Assembly (NCBI GenBank): GCA_013239625.1
Contig: MU053881.1
Location: 10,282,873 to 10,346,872, forward strand
Reading direction: 5' to 3'
Source of the DNA: Lama guanicoe
Lineage: Eukaryota
Length of the DNA stretch: 64,000 nt
Part shown: piece after piece, positions 24,969-38,210 of the stretch
How the letters are laid out: each line of letters begins with the position of its first letter
Numbering within the stretch: the stretch's first letter is position 1
Position numbers and translations under genes: made by a program
The notes under the pieces: model-generated
What the model was told of the DNA's origin: nothing
What the model saw: only the letters and a program-made list of their open reading frames with translations
The model's database searches: none

Positions 24969-25189
24969 TTAAGAAATAACCTAAATCATAGATACACATT
25001 GTTTAATAGAGATGAGGAAATTGAGGATTCACAACTTAAGAAGTTACTTAGTAGCAAGAGAAAGATCAGTAACTTGTACCCAGAAGTCTGGCTTGAAATC
25101 CTTGGCCCTTGGATACCATGGGATTTGGGCAAATGACCGATGAACTTATACATGAGGAGATAAGGAATATTTCATAGAGTGGATTTTTT

Positions 25190-26270
25190 TCCTATTTATT
25201 TGGTAGTATGTATTAGACACCTATGATAAGTCAGGTCGGATGCTAAATGCTAGATGATTACACACGAATAAGACAGAATCTCTCCCCTTAAAGAAGTGCA
25301 CAGTCTAGAAGGAAAGACTGCCTTAAAAAAATAATTAACGGGGAGTTAAGGGCAGCTGTAGACATATGGAATAGGGGCGACGGGGAGTCGGGCACCTGCT
25401 TGGGTGTGTGAGCAATGGCTTCACAAGGAAAAGACAAGTCTTACTGAGACTTCAAGAACAAGGTGAAACTGCCAGATGGCCAGAGTTAAGTTCATTTGTG
25501 GCTCAGCATGAGGAGAGGCACGGAGGCTTGAAATCTCACTGTATATGTGGGTATGTCAATGCTGAGGCTGCAACGGAAGTGGGGAAGAGTCTCTTGGGTT
25601 TCGTCAGGCCGGGGTAGGATGCATGTAGCTTTTGGGGAAGAAGTCTAACGTGTTTATAGTCCCTTCTACTAAGCCACTATAAAATGTTACCTTATTAGGT
25701 ATGTGGAGCCACTGTGAAATTAATCCTGGAGAGTCAAGCAACCAGATGTGTGATTTTAACTAGGGCAGGAGTACAGAGAACAGGTAGGATTTTTCAAAGT
25801 ACCAGAGCAGGGAGAAGGCACAGCAGAATGACACCATATGGCGTGTTTAAAGGAAAACGAGTAATGGAAAGAGAAAGGCAGAGACGGAGACCCAAACGGT
25901 TGATCAGGGGAGATTTTAAAGGGCTCCCCCACTCCCATCTCCCATGCTTAGAAACTCTTTTGTTTTACAAGTGATGTCCAGAAGGATAATGTGATGGTAT
26001 CTGGATTTTTTAAAAAGATAAATCTAGTGGAAATGAAGAGGAGTGACTGTCGGCAGACATCCTAGGGAGCAGGTTTTGTGACAGTCCAGGTGTGAGCCAG
26101 GTGTGAGGGGAAAAGGAGCCAGAAATGAAGTAACAGCAACAATGGAAAGAGGACAGTGAATTTAAAAGAATCCCATGTAGCAACAGCACGACTGCACAGG
26201 GAAGAGGGTGCGCTCGAGAGGTGAGAGACAGGACGGAATCAGAGTATCCTGAGGCTTGACTCTGGGCTCT
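25190..26270 (-). mobile_element. Fragmented L2 relics, ~25190-25560 and ~25960-26270
   Basis: tattagacacctatg...tgctaaatgctaga...acagtctag, and gacagtccaggtgtgag...gaatcagagtatcctgagg. Confidence 0.55.
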
Positions 26271-26460
26271 TGTCATGACCTGTCTTGTATGATAACGTGT
26301 GTAATGCGTAGGTGATCTGTCTTCCCAAACAGCGTGTACTAAGAGGTTCTTGTCTAAACTCGGGATGGATCAAATGGTAGATGGGCAGGACCTAGAGACA
26401 GCTGACAAAGGGAGGTGACAACAGAAAGTGGAGTAACAGGAGGCAAGAAGTAGTTAAACA

Positions 26461-26678
26461 GGGAGTTTGAGATTTGCAGATACTAACTCATATATATAAA
26501 ACAGACACACAAAAAGCTCATACTGTAAAGCACAGGGAACCATATTCAATATCTTATAATAACGGTAAACAGGAATATGAAAACGAATATATGTATGTTC
26601 CTATATGACTGAAGCATTGTGCTGTACACCAGAAATTGACACAACACTGTAAACTGATTATACTTCAATTTAAAAAAA
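26461..26678 (+). mobile_element. L1 3'UTR end fragment (older lineage-specific subfamily)
   Basis: gggagtttgagatttgcagatact...tgctgtacaccagaaattgacacaacactgtaaactgattatacttcaa followed by an A tail; homologous to ~5410-5600. Confidence 0.92.
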
Positions 26679-27199
26679 TTAGCATATATACATAAAAGAT
26701 GTCTAGGACATCTGAGCCACAAGAGGCAGGGATATGGGAAATATACAAATGAGCCTTAGGGACCCTATTACAGTCTTAGGGAGTACAGGACCCTCACAAA
26801 TGTCTGCTCAATGTCTTAGTTAAAATATGAGCCCTGAGTTAGAGAATCAAAGACAGGAATGGAGAAAGAAGGCAGGTATGGTGCAAGGCTGTGTCTGGAT
26901 CACAAGGAAGAAGAAGAAACCTAGTTATTGGGCAGAAAGTCAGAGTAGAATCATCAGCGTTGTTGATTTCTCAGCGAGCTGACAAACTCTTGCATGTGGC
27001 TCCTTATATCTTTCCAGGAACAGACTGAGTCCCGAGGTCTGCAGATCTAAACCCACAGGGCCTCCAGAGGGCCCAAGATACGGAATTGTAGGTAGGACAC
27101 TGCATGATCAGAAGTTTTTTGAAGAGAAAGAAAAAAAAAAAAGAGACAGAGAAACCATTCACTGAGTTTCGATTTCTGTGCCCCATACTGTGGCAACGG

Positions 27200-27340
27200 G
27201 TAGCAACATTGAGACACAGATGTTTTTATTCTCATTTTACACGGTCGGGAAACAAGTCTTCTTAGTGGTGACTTGTCTCGAATCACAGAGCTAATAGATG
27301 GGTAAGCTGGGTCTGTTCTGTTTAACTCCAAAGCCAAAAC
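27200..27340 (-). mobile_element. MIR relic
   Basis: ttattctcattttacacggtcgggaaac...gtgacttgtctcgaatcacagagctaat...actccaaagcc. Confidence 0.7.
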
Positions 27341-27407
27341 AAATTCTCCCATCTCATGCTTGTTCCCTGGAGTAGTCCACAAGGCCATTTCAAATGCTTA
27401 GTGAACG

Positions 27408-27457
27408 CACACACACACACACAGACACCTATACACAAACACACACACACACACACA
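27408..27457. repeat. Interrupted (CA)n microsatellite
   Basis: Seen directly in the sequence. Confidence 0.9.
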
Positions 27458-28000
27458 GGTGCGTGCCTGGCAGCTGACATTCGAAATGCCTTCTAAATCA
27501 AAGTGGCTCTGTTTCCCAGTCTGAAGAGAGACTAAAGAAATGTTCTCCCAGCAAAAGATAAAAACAGGAATGCATTGTTCTGCGAACTCCCCTGTCCCCT
27601 TCACTCCCTTGCCCCCCTGCCCTCTGGTGACACCAACAGTGTTCTAAAGGGAGCAGCCGCTACCAGACTTTTCTTTCATGGCTGACTGAAGTCCACCTAA
27701 CTGCTGACTTCTGCATCTCCTCCTTGCTTGCAGCAGTAGGAGCAATCGTAAAGCATGCTTGGATTCATCTAGACCAGGCAAGGAGCCAGGGGGTCATTCT
27801 GCGTGTCTTCTAGTTCTAAAGAAACTCTGTGTCTGACCTAATCCATGAATCAATTAGAGTCCTTAGGTCAGGGGTATGAAGGCCCTTGTCACCTCACTAT
27901 CAGAGTACCAGCCTCGAAAACACTTTGTAGACCTGCCTTCTGGAAGTCGAGCGGAGACGGGAAGGAAGTGGCCCGGCCAGAGTGGTGTCAGATGGAACAC

Positions 28001-28018
28001 TGGCCACCTGCTGAAGGC
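28001..28018 (-). promoter_or_regulatory. Putative CTCF site
   Basis: Minus strand TCAGCAGGTGGCCA against the core CCASYAGRKGGCR, inside a CpG-enriched patch. Confidence 0.35.
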
Positions 28019-29639
28019 GGTATAAGCTGGGACGTGTCCCCGCCGATTTTACAGCTTTTCTCATACAAAGAGGATCCTTTCCCTTAAGACAAGTGCCTTT
28101 GCTTTTGTAGTTGGGAGTGTGCACTCACTTCTTATTAATGCGTAACCAAAAAATATATTAAAATTGGTCAAACACAAATGCTAAGATTTGCACTCAATCT
28201 CCTCGCAGTCAGGTCTTGTACCTTCACTCAGGGAAAAAAAGAAAAAGACTGCATCTGTTTCCTTTTTATTCCTTCACTGCTTTAAACTTGGTAGACAATT
28301 AATAAATTTTTTCTGATTAATTCATAAGGACTCTGAGTATCACACGAAGAATCTTGTGTTTTTCTTGTACTCTCAATGTATTTTATTTTAGACAGTTGTG
28401 CTTTCTTGTCCCTAGGTTTCATGCAGCATGATTTATTAAACACCTTAATGCAGCTTTTTGATAAACTATAAACTGTCTCATATAAAAGATGGGCTTTATT
28501 TTTTAAAGACGCAGACTCATTTGTACTGAATTGTGAAGGAGCCCTACGTCATCAGAGCCGCTGCTGAGAGCCCAGGATGAGCTGGTTTATTCTCTCCTCA
28601 TTACAGATTCTCTGGATGGCTTCCTTGCAGGGTGAGGCTTTCATTTCCACATCAAAAATGACTCAGACTTCCCATTGTCCTCTTTCACCCCAAAAAACAC
28701 TAAAGGGGAAAAAGAAGAATTTGTATGCTTCGGGAATAAATTTCTGAAAATGTGTGGTGAGGAATGATATCCCACAGCCGATATTTTTAATAATCAGCTC
28801 ACATATTTTGGAATACAACAAATCCCACCATCCCACAATTGTTTGTTCAGAATCTACAAAGGCCTAGACACTGTGCTGAGGGCTGGGAGGACGGACAGAG
28901 GAGGGGGACGCTCTCACCTCAAGGAGGACCCACGAAAGTGAGGTGCCTCCCCATATCTACGCCAAACGCACAGAAAGTGAAAAAGAGCAGACTGTTTCCC
29001 ACACTTCAACCAAAATACTGCCCAAACGACCAAGTGGGAGTCAATATAAAAACAAACAAACAAACAGAAACCAAGAGCGGGTATTTAATCTACGTTTCAC
29101 CATTAATCCCAAATCTCTTGGAACGAAGAGAATGTTCTAAACTCTTGATACTTTTGCTTTTTAGTTAATTTCACATGTATACCTTAATTTGAAGGTAGGT
29201 AAGAAAAAAAAAATGAGGAGGAAGATGTCCAAGATTTCTGGGCACTCAGAAGCGGAGATACCAGAAAGATCTAAACGAGGACTGGAAGATCGTAACTTAG
29301 TCTTAGGACTGGACCTTCGACAAATGTCTGTTCAACTGCTTAGTTAACACGTTAACACTGGTGCAGATTAAGGCAAAGATAAGCAAAGAGAAAAAAGACA
29401 GGCCAAGTACAAAGCAGGTAACGCACGTATGGTGAACGTCCAAGTTGAAGTAAACAATGCGGTTTAACTAGCTGTGAATTTTTTTTTAAAAAAAGATACA
29501 CGTTCCCTTTCTCTAGAAGGTGGACTCCATGGTGGTGCTAATAACTAATAGTTTGGCAGGGTCCTGCTCATCTTCTACATGGTACTTGTTGTGGGAATAA
29601 GAGCAGCGAAGACAAAACAGCTCTGTAATGAAATATCCA

Positions 29640-29830
29640 TGCTGTGAAGTCCAGCAAATTTGGAACTAAATTCTGGCCCTTTTACTCTCCAGGCCTCTGA
29701 CCTTAGACAGTCATTTGATTTTCCTAAACCTATGTGCTGTCATGTATAAAGCGAGAAGAATCATCCTCTCGCAAGACTGATGAATTCATATGTGGTAAAT
29801 GTAGGAGGAGCTCAGAAAATGATGATGGAA
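29640..29830 (+). mobile_element. MIR relic
   Basis: aaattctggccct...tgaccttagacagtcatttga...catgtataaagcgagaagaatc. Confidence 0.6.
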
Positions 29831-30504
29831 AATAGAAGATGCGTGGGGATCGTAAGGGTCATTGGAAGAATGGACTGTTAAAGTGACATGGGGTGATGAC
29901 TGATGATGTGAGAACTGATGTCAGATTCTACAGAACTTTTTAGAGACTGTGTGTTGAGTTTCAGAGTGATGCCTTTGGTGGGAGAAAAAAAGCAGCCCAC
30001 TGAAAAATACCCTAGAGAGAAAACCATCATGGTTGATATTGTCAGTTTGCCCCAAGTTACATCATTCCTTCTTGTCTTTCTGTTTTTTTTTTTTTTCCTC
30101 CCTGGGTATTGATCTCAGCTCCATTTCTGGCCTTACTGAGAACCTTTCCCTGAGCAACCTCATGAATCTAACATGGAATGATATACTTCTCCATAGCTTT
30201 CTGGTTCTCAACAACCCTGGGTTGTTCTCAACACCCAATTTCAGATCACCACCTAGAGAAGCTATTGTTGCCATGGCCTTCAGGCTGTGCTTGATCTGAA
30301 AAATGAAGTTTATTCAGCTATGCACTTATTTTTTAAACACAGGAGTCATTCTCATGAATATTCAAGTTTCCAGTTTTCCGTGCACAAGAATGCCAAAAGA
30401 GCTGACTCTTGAGTCCCTGAGAACAAGAACTGGCTGGAGCTAAGCAGGGCTGGAGAAGACACCACTGACCAGCGTCCACCCACACCTCTCCCTTCCCTCA
30501 CACA

Positions 30505-30939
30505 ACTGTATTGGCTCAGAGGCACAACTACACGGAGCCTTTAGGACTCCAGGAAAAGTGACGCCTTCAGTTTCTGAGTCTTCCTTTTGGCCCGGCATTT
30601 GTTTCTTCAAGGACTTGTGACCAAACAAGGACTCATGGAATGTTAGGGGATCTTTTCTGGGGGTTCCTAGAGAAGTTCCTTCCTCCTAAACCTCCTGAGA
30701 AACGTCCTAAACTGATGCTCTCTTTTCTTTTGGACACTGTTAGTCATAAGAGGATGACGCTTGGAACCGCTTCTTTAAGACAAAACCCTAAGCACGATGG
30801 CAGGCAGAACCCGGGGGATTGCAGGGACACAGAGAAAGAGGCATTCAAAAGCCCACAAGACTTCTGGACTGATTCGCTGTGTGTAAGCCAGTCACTCCTT
30901 CACTTTATCCATTTTGAATGAGGTGGTTATTGCCTGTCT
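30505..30939 (+). mobile_element. Old ERVL/MaLR-class solo LTR relic, interrupted near its end by an L1
   Basis: ctgggggttcctagagaagttccttcctcctaa...ctctcttttcttttggacactgt...cttctggact resembles LTR33/LTR16/MLT1J-class LTRs; subfamily uncertain. Confidence 0.5.
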
Positions 30940-31213
30940 GTTTTTTTTATGCATTTTTTTATTGAAACATAGTCAGTTTACAATTATGTGTCAATCTCTG
31001 GTGTACAGCACAATGTTTCAGTCATACATGGACATACATATATTTGTTTTCAGATTCTTTTTCATTCTAGGTTACTGTAAGATATCGAATGGAGTTGCCT
31101 GTGCTATACAGTAGAACCTTGTTGTTTACCTATTTTATATATAGAAATTAGTATCTGCAAATCTCGAACTCCCAATTTATCCCTTCCCACCTCGTTTTCC
31201 CCAGTAACCGTAA
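30940..31213 (-). mobile_element. 5'-truncated L1 3' end with a TSD
   Basis: Antisense L1 3'UTR. TSD copies are ggttattgcctgtct (30925-30939) and ggttgctgcctgtct (31214-31228). Confidence 0.92.
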
Positions 31214-31544
31214 GGTTGCTGCCTGTCTCTTAATGAACGCAAGTGACTCAGTGAGTGGACCCCACTTGTGCATCACAGCACCTCTACATACACGGGCCCT
31301 GTCCTGCTTAATTCCTCTCAGTTACTTACTGGGCTCTGGTCAGCATTTAAGTTGGTGTCTCTCACTACAGACACGCACTGCAACAAATCCTGACCAGGAG
31401 ACTATCAAGGCTGTGTTAGTAATCAGGATGAAATATGCTAAAGGGTGACTTTCCCTCCTTTTCAAAAAAGGAGTGATGGAAGGAGATTCTCCCAGGAAAT
31501 TCTCCGATTTTTCTATTTATGTGTAAGGTTTCTGTCCAGGGGAT

Positions 31545-31800
31545 AGTATGAAATAGTCTTTCAGGGTGAGGGCTCTGAGATCAAACAGCTTAGGTATAAA
31601 TCCTTGTGCTTCAGCCTACCATCTGTTTAACTTGCAGTAAGAGGAAACCTTTTAAAGACTCCATATTCTTACGTGAAGTATTGGGATGGTAACTGTACCA
31701 AACTTGTTAGGCAGTTTTAAGAACAAAATGAGACAATAAACACAAAGTACTTAGCAGACTTCCTAATTTACACAGAATATTCAACATGTTAGTTTAATAA
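31545..31800 (+). mobile_element. MIR relic
   Basis: gggctctgagatcaaacagcttaggtataaatcc...aaaatgagacaataaacacaaagtacttagc. Confidence 0.7.
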
Positions 31801-32798
31801 ATTTTTAAAATCACATATAGAAACAAGACAATCATTTAATGGTTGGAGTCAGCACATCTTCACTAAGAAATGACACTTTATGGTACACAGAACAAACAGC
31901 TAGTGAGATGTATGTATATTTTTAATTTTTTAACCAAATATTGGATCAACATTTCTAATGTTAACTTTTTATATGGAAAGAAAAAGACTGCATTTACAGA
32001 TCCTCATCCTTGCGTAGGGTACTATGTTTTTATGTTTTAAGAACAGACATTTGTAAGGTTCCTCTGCTATGCATCAAAGCATAGATTCAAGAATTTTATT
32101 TGAGAATAGATACCTTGGGCAGCTTCTGTATGTACTTGGCAAGGAATTGCATTTCAGCTCAGGGAAAATTCTCCATTTAAATTTTAAATAGAAAACTATA
32201 ACTTAAAAACAGAGAGAGAGAGAAAAGTAAACAAAAAAAACCCTGTACATATATGGGATTTTGATTCAAGTAATTTAAAAGAATGCTACTCTACCCAAAA
32301 GGCAGGAAATAAATTATTAGTCACCACTAATCCACTGAAGTTGGTTGCTACAATCACTCAGTAGCTTAGCTCAGGGATTTGTGCATACTTTCACTCAACA
32401 AAACCTCTGCAGTCATTAAATTAACGTACAGACCCTGAGCAGAATATCTATTAAATTAACCTTTTTTTTTTTTGGATGCTGCTGCCTTTGTTCTCAAGGT
32501 TTTAACTAAAAAGAGGTGCAGGTGGAGTCAAACAGAAAGAGTACTTCTGGATGTTCCTACCTTGTACTTGCACCCAAGATATATTCGTTTTAGCAGATTC
32601 AGTCTAGATTAAAGTGAAAGACAGAGATCTAGGAATAACAACTTGATCCTTAGTTCTGCCAGAACTGTATGACCTAAGCAATTCACCTGGCCCCTCAAAG
32701 ACTTAGTTTCTTTCATAAATTTAATATCCAAGCTTTTTTAACCACAGGATATAATGACATGGTAGATGGGATTGTGTTATGAAAAATTAAGAGAATTA

Positions 32799-32831
32799 AA
32801 TGAATAAATGGAATATATGTATGTATATATA

Positions 32832-32886
<55 letters not shown>

Positions 32887-32953
32887 GCATGACTGGGACA
32901 TTGTGCTGTATGTCAGAAACTGACACATTGTAACTGACAGTACTTCAATTTTA
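32799..32953 (+). mobile_element. Short L1 3' end with an expanded (TA)n, inserted in a MIR
   Basis: Perfect 17-bp TSD aaaaattaagagaatta at 32782-32798 and 32954-32970; contains gactgggacattgtgctgta...tacttcaa. Confidence 0.92.
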
Positions 32954-33042
32954 AAAAATTAAGAGAATTAGAAGGCGGCAAATTATTATGAGGAAAAAAG
33001 TAACTGTTAATAAGTCATTATTTTCTCCAAAGCACCTGGCTA

Positions 33043-34790
33043 CTTTTTATTGAGGTATGATTTCTGGAGTGTGAATGCATAAATCTTAAGAATACAGATT
33101 GATCAGTTTTAACAAATATATACATTCAGTAAGCTACATGCCAATCAAGATCCACAGTACTTCCATCATCCCACTAAGATCCTTCATACCCCTCCCAGCC
33201 AGTCTCCTGTACTCATGCAAAGCAACCACTTTTTTTAAACAGCTTTATGATGTATAATTGATGCACAAAAAAAGTGCTCATACTTAATGTGCACGATATG
33301 ATGAGTCTGAACATATGCCAACACTGGTGACACCAACACTGCAGTCAAGGCAGTAGACATATCCAAAACTTCCTGAGGTTGCTTGTATGTCTTTATTGTT
33401 GCTGTCATTTCTTTTAGTAAGAGCACTTAACATGAGATCTACTCTCCCAACAAATTTTAAAGTGCAGAATACTACACTGTTGGCTGTAGTCACTGTGCTG
33501 TATAGCAGATCTCTAGAATTTATTTACTCAGCTATCATAATTGAAACTTTATACCTGTGGAACAACACCCAACTTCCTCCAATGCCAGTCCCTGGCAAGC
33601 ACTACTGCACTGTCTGATTCTATGAGTTTGATTATTTTTGGTACTTCATAGAGGTGGAACCACGCAGTATTTGTCCTCTGTGGCATGTTGTTGCAAGTGA
33701 CAGGATTTCCTTCTTTATTAAGGCTGAATAACATTCCATTTTATGTTTATACTGCATTTTCCTTACCCAGTCATCTGTGGATAGACACTTCAGTGGTTTC
33801 TATGTCTTAGCCTTTGTGACTAATGCTACAGTAAATAGGGCAAATATTTCTTCACCATCCTGATTACATATGCTGGATCATAGGGTAGTGCTATTTTTAA
33901 TTTGTTGATAAACCTACACATTGTTTTCCATAGGACAGATACACACACACACACACACAAATGGAACAGAATTGAGAGCCCAAGAATGATTCTATGTATA
34001 AACAGTCAACTCATCTTTGACAAGGACGCCAATAACACACAAGAGAGAAAAGGTGGTCTCTTCAACAAATGGTTTTGCAAAAACTGGATATCCACACACA
34101 TTCAATGAAATTAGACACTTTTACCCTACCCCATTCACAAACATCAATCCAAAATGGATGAAAGACTTAAAACGTATGCCTTGAACCTCTGAAATTCCTA
34201 AATAAAACATAGGGAAAAAAGCTTCTTAGCACCAGTCTTTACAATGATTTCTTGGATATGACACCAAAAATACAGGCAACAGAAATACAGACAGACAAGT
34301 GGAACTACATCTAACTAAACAGAGTTTGCACAGCGAAGGAAGCAATCACCAACGAAAAGGCAACCGACGAAACGGGAAAGAATATGTGCTAAACAGGCAT
34401 CTGATAAGAAGTTAAACTTCAAAATATGTAAAGAACTCCCACCACTCAGCAGCGAAAAAAAACAAACAATTTGATCAAAGCAACTGCTCTTCTGGAAGTT
34501 TCCCTCACCATAGATTTGCTCTGCCTGTTCTGTAACTCCACAGAAAAGGAAGCACAGGGTATATAGCTGAGATGAACCCACATAGATTGTTCCCTTTTTT
34601 TATTCCGAAGGAGCACTCCATTGCATAAAAATTGTATCTTTTGTTATTTTCCTGTTAGAACAACAGAAAGACTGCTCCCAGGTGTTAGCGCTTATGAGTA
34701 AGTCCGCTGTGAACACCCTGGTACAAGACTTCCGTTGACAAGTGTTTTCACTTCTCTTGGATAAAGTCCTAGGAGCACTGTGCTACTTTA
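33043..34790 (-). mobile_element. Old L1M 3' region, split into ~33043-33230 and ~34476-34790 by a younger L1
   Basis: Antisense L1M 3' text stops at caaagcaaccact and resumes at caaagcaactgctcttctg...accatagatttg. Confidence 0.8.
33231..34475 (-). mobile_element. L1MA-type insertion with a 5' inversion
   Basis: 33231-33932 is an L1 3' end on minus and ~33933-34475 is an ORF2 piece on plus (KWNRIESP...QLIFDK...LFNKW). TSD is at 33218-33230 and 34476-34488. Confidence 0.88.
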
Positions 34791-36109
34791 CAAGAATTTA
34801 CTCTGAACATAGACTCTAAGCATCATGGTTATTTTAATATGTAACCTAGATGAATTTAACTATTATTTTCTAAGAATCCGCATTCCACATTGAAGATGGC
34901 CTGTTCTACTGAAGGGGAACCTTTCTTACCAAAGGACACATGTTTCAGTAAGAAGTAGCTTTCCTTCCTCTGCTCTCTGTCCTTGAAGAAGAAAATGATG
35001 GGAAAGGACTTGGAAGTCATGTCCAGCATATTAAATGGGTAATATATGAGCAGATGACAGAACTGATGGAACTGATGAAAATATGTATCTTTGGGGCAAG
35101 GGTGGAAATGTGTGTGTATGTGTGTATGTGTGCATAATTTCTCACTTATTTATTCCTAATGGTCCTGAAATAAATGTATCAATGGAAATTAAAGTATGAA
35201 AACCTATTCGATGCTCCCATATGAATATCACCATTAAATTTCAGTCTTTAAAAACATAATACCACAAGTTATCCAGGACACTAAAAAGTACCAGAATTTT
35301 GATTCCTATTTTGGTTGAAAAACTGAAAGAAATATTCAATCAGACTTTCCTCTGATCATTTGATTCAACAACCTTTGAAATCATCTGTGCCATTACTAGA
35401 TAATAATTCTGGGAAAAAAATCTTTCTCAGCCTCATTTTCCATATCAGGAGTTTGGCTGTGTAACTTGAAGGCAGAGTACATTATGTTTGTTTTTTCAAG
35501 AAGCACTTGTCCTGTTAATTTGCAAGTTAACTTTAAAATGTCAAATGTTAAGTGTTAGTTATATACTTTTATTCACTCCACGAGATGGAACATTATCATT
35601 CTATGCATCAAAATATTTATAAGTGATACAACTTCACACGTAATAATTGTGACTAACTTGGGCTCGGAGTCTAGGGCTATGATATTGCTACAGTGAACAA
35701 GAGGAGGAGAAATATATACTATTAAATACAAGACAGGGGTCTCTCATTATGAAATCAGTGCAGGCTCTGTTACAGGCAAGGTTTATGCAACTCAAGTAGT
35801 GTTTCAATATATGTCCAAACTAAGCTGGGAGAACCACCTGGGAGATAATGAAGGTGATGAACTCATGATATCACTTCACCCAGCAGCAGAGAAAAAGGAC
35901 CAGGGTCCCATCACTCAGGATCCCAAAGGACCTTCCTGGAAGAAAATAACCTATAGATTAGAATCCCCCATGGTTATTGACAGAATATGAAATAATGCTC
36001 TTGACTTTCTGAAGTTAGAAGCTGGTCAGTCAACAGGAAGCCAGAAACCTGTCAGGTGACTACAGCATGAGCAAACATCAACTTCTCTCACCACTCTAAA
36101 AAAGTGAGA

Positions 36110-36510
36110 TGTGGTATGTATATGCAATGGAGTACTACTCAGCCATAAAAAGAATGACATGATGCCTTTTGTAACAACATGGTTGGACCCAGAAATGATC
36201 ATACTAAGTCAGCCAGAAAGAGAAAGAAAAATACCATATGATATCAAGTAAATGTGAAATCTTAAAAAAAAAATGACACAGGTGAACTTATTTACAAAAG
36301 AGAAACAGACTCACAAACATTGAAAACAAACTTATGGTTGCCTGGAGGGAAAGCAGAGGGGAGGGATAAATTGGGAGTTCAGGATTAGCAGATACAAACT
36401 ACTGAATATAAAACAGATAAACAACAAGGTCCTACTGTATAGCACAGGGAACTATATTCAACTTCTTGTAATAATTTAAATGAAAAAGAATATGAAAAGG
36501 AAAAATAATT
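36110..36510 (+). mobile_element. 5'-truncated L1 (ORF2 C-terminus and 3'UTR) with a TSD
   Basis: Homologous to ~5183-5480. TSD aaaaagtgaga at 36099-36109 and 36511-36521. Confidence 0.93.
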
Positions 36511-37450
36511 AAAAAGTGAGAAAGGCTTTGCATCTCTCATTAATAATAAAGAACTTTAATTTTACTCAGCTTTCATATTCAATGCATTTTTATGGTTAAT
36601 GGGATTCTCAGTAAACAGGTCTTCCCATTACTAAATGTTTAACAGTTTACTCTTCAAGCTTAATATGAGACACAGAATGTGTATTCCTCTGACAGAGGGA
36701 ACAAAGTGCTACTAAAACTAAATGTTATGTATGTATTTATGAGATATATGCCACTAAGTTTTACTATGTATCCACAGTTGCAGAAAAATACACTTTGGAA
36801 ATACAAAAGACAAATAAGGGAATGGATAATTCACACTAGAAATTTCTAAACTGTTTTTATTTCTAAATTAAAGTCAGTAGCAGCTTATTTGGCTTCTCCA
36901 TTTTACAGTTCAAGGCTGAACCAACTGACGCTCACCCCTCTGGTTTAATCTTATAAAGTACCTGAGCCAAACTTGACTGAAACAGGGACCACATCAGAAA
37001 TGGTAGCAGCTCTATCAAGTGGATTCCAAAATCAAATCTTATTCCTCAGGACCATGATTTGGGCTCACACTTAAGTTCCCTTCAGGAATAAATCAGACCC
37101 AAAAGTTAAAGCTTCGCAGCAAAACTGAGCACTTGTTTGTTGCCTGAAATCTCCCATTGCTGTGTCCCAGATTTACAGAACTGGCTCTGGAAACATGAGA
37201 AAGGCCGGAAACAAACCTGGGTTCTGAATGTGGTCCCTCCCCTGGGGAAGGATGCAGCCACATCATTAACAATTGTCCTAAGAATGATGTGCAGGAACGG
37301 ACCCAAACTGGCTCTGGATTTCATTACGTGTTCATGAATTTTGCGAACTTCTCACTCAACAAAGCTATCATTACAAATTTAATTCTATAAAATTACAGTT
37401 AAACTGATTATGTGAGAAATAAAAAGTAAATGCTCCAAACCCAGTACTTC

Positions 37451-37858
37451 TGTACTGGTGTTGAGGGTTGCCATAACAAATTAACAAAGGATTACCACAC
37501 ATGCTGGAGGCTAGAAATCTCAAGTCAAGTAGTTCCCAGGCTCACACTCTAGAAGCTTCAGAGGAGAATCTTGTCTTGCTTTTCCTAATTTCTGGTGGTT
37601 GCTGGTCATCTTTTGTGTTCCTTGGTTGGTGGCAACATCACTCTAATCTCTGCCTCGGTCTTCATGTGAACTTCTTCCACTGTTGCTTCTTATAAGAACG
37701 TCAGTCATTGGACTGAGGGCCCACCCTAATCCAGTATGAACTCATCTGACACTGATTCTACCTCCGAAGACCCTATTTCCAAATACAGTTACATTCACAG
37801 GTACCAGGGACTTTACAGCTTCATCACATCTTTCCTTGGAGACACAATTCAACCCACA
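37451..37858 (-). mobile_element. MaLR solo LTR (MLT1B/C-like)
   Basis: TG...CA ends, agggttgccataacaaa...gagggcccaccctaatccagtatga...gacacaattcaaccc, and a candidate 5-bp TSD acttc (37446-37450 and 37859-37863). Confidence 0.88.
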
Positions 37859-37989
37859 ACTTCCTAATTACTTGACTACATTTTAACTATTGTGTTACAT
37901 TCTTGGGCTTACAGTGGGTATACTTACACTATAGCAAATACTACAAAAATTGGCAAACACTACACAACTCAGTACTTGATTTACCATTT

Positions 37990-38210
37990 TATCGACTGCA
38001 AATATTTTCTCTACAGGGGCAGAGAGTAAAATTTTTAGGCTTTTGTGCACTATAGATTTCTCTGTGGCAACTACTTAACTCTGCGCTTATACTGTGAAAA
38101 CAGCCGTAGGCATTATACAAACAGACCTAGTAATGTTCCAATCAAACCTTATTTACCAAAAAAGGGAGTGGACCATATTTACCCTGTGGGTGACAGTGGG
38201 CTGACCCCTA
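37990..38210 (+). mobile_element. MER58A-like hAT-Charlie element
   Basis: tttaggctttt...tctctgtggcaactacttaactctgc...gttccaatcaaaccttattta...gctgacccc. Confidence 0.85.
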
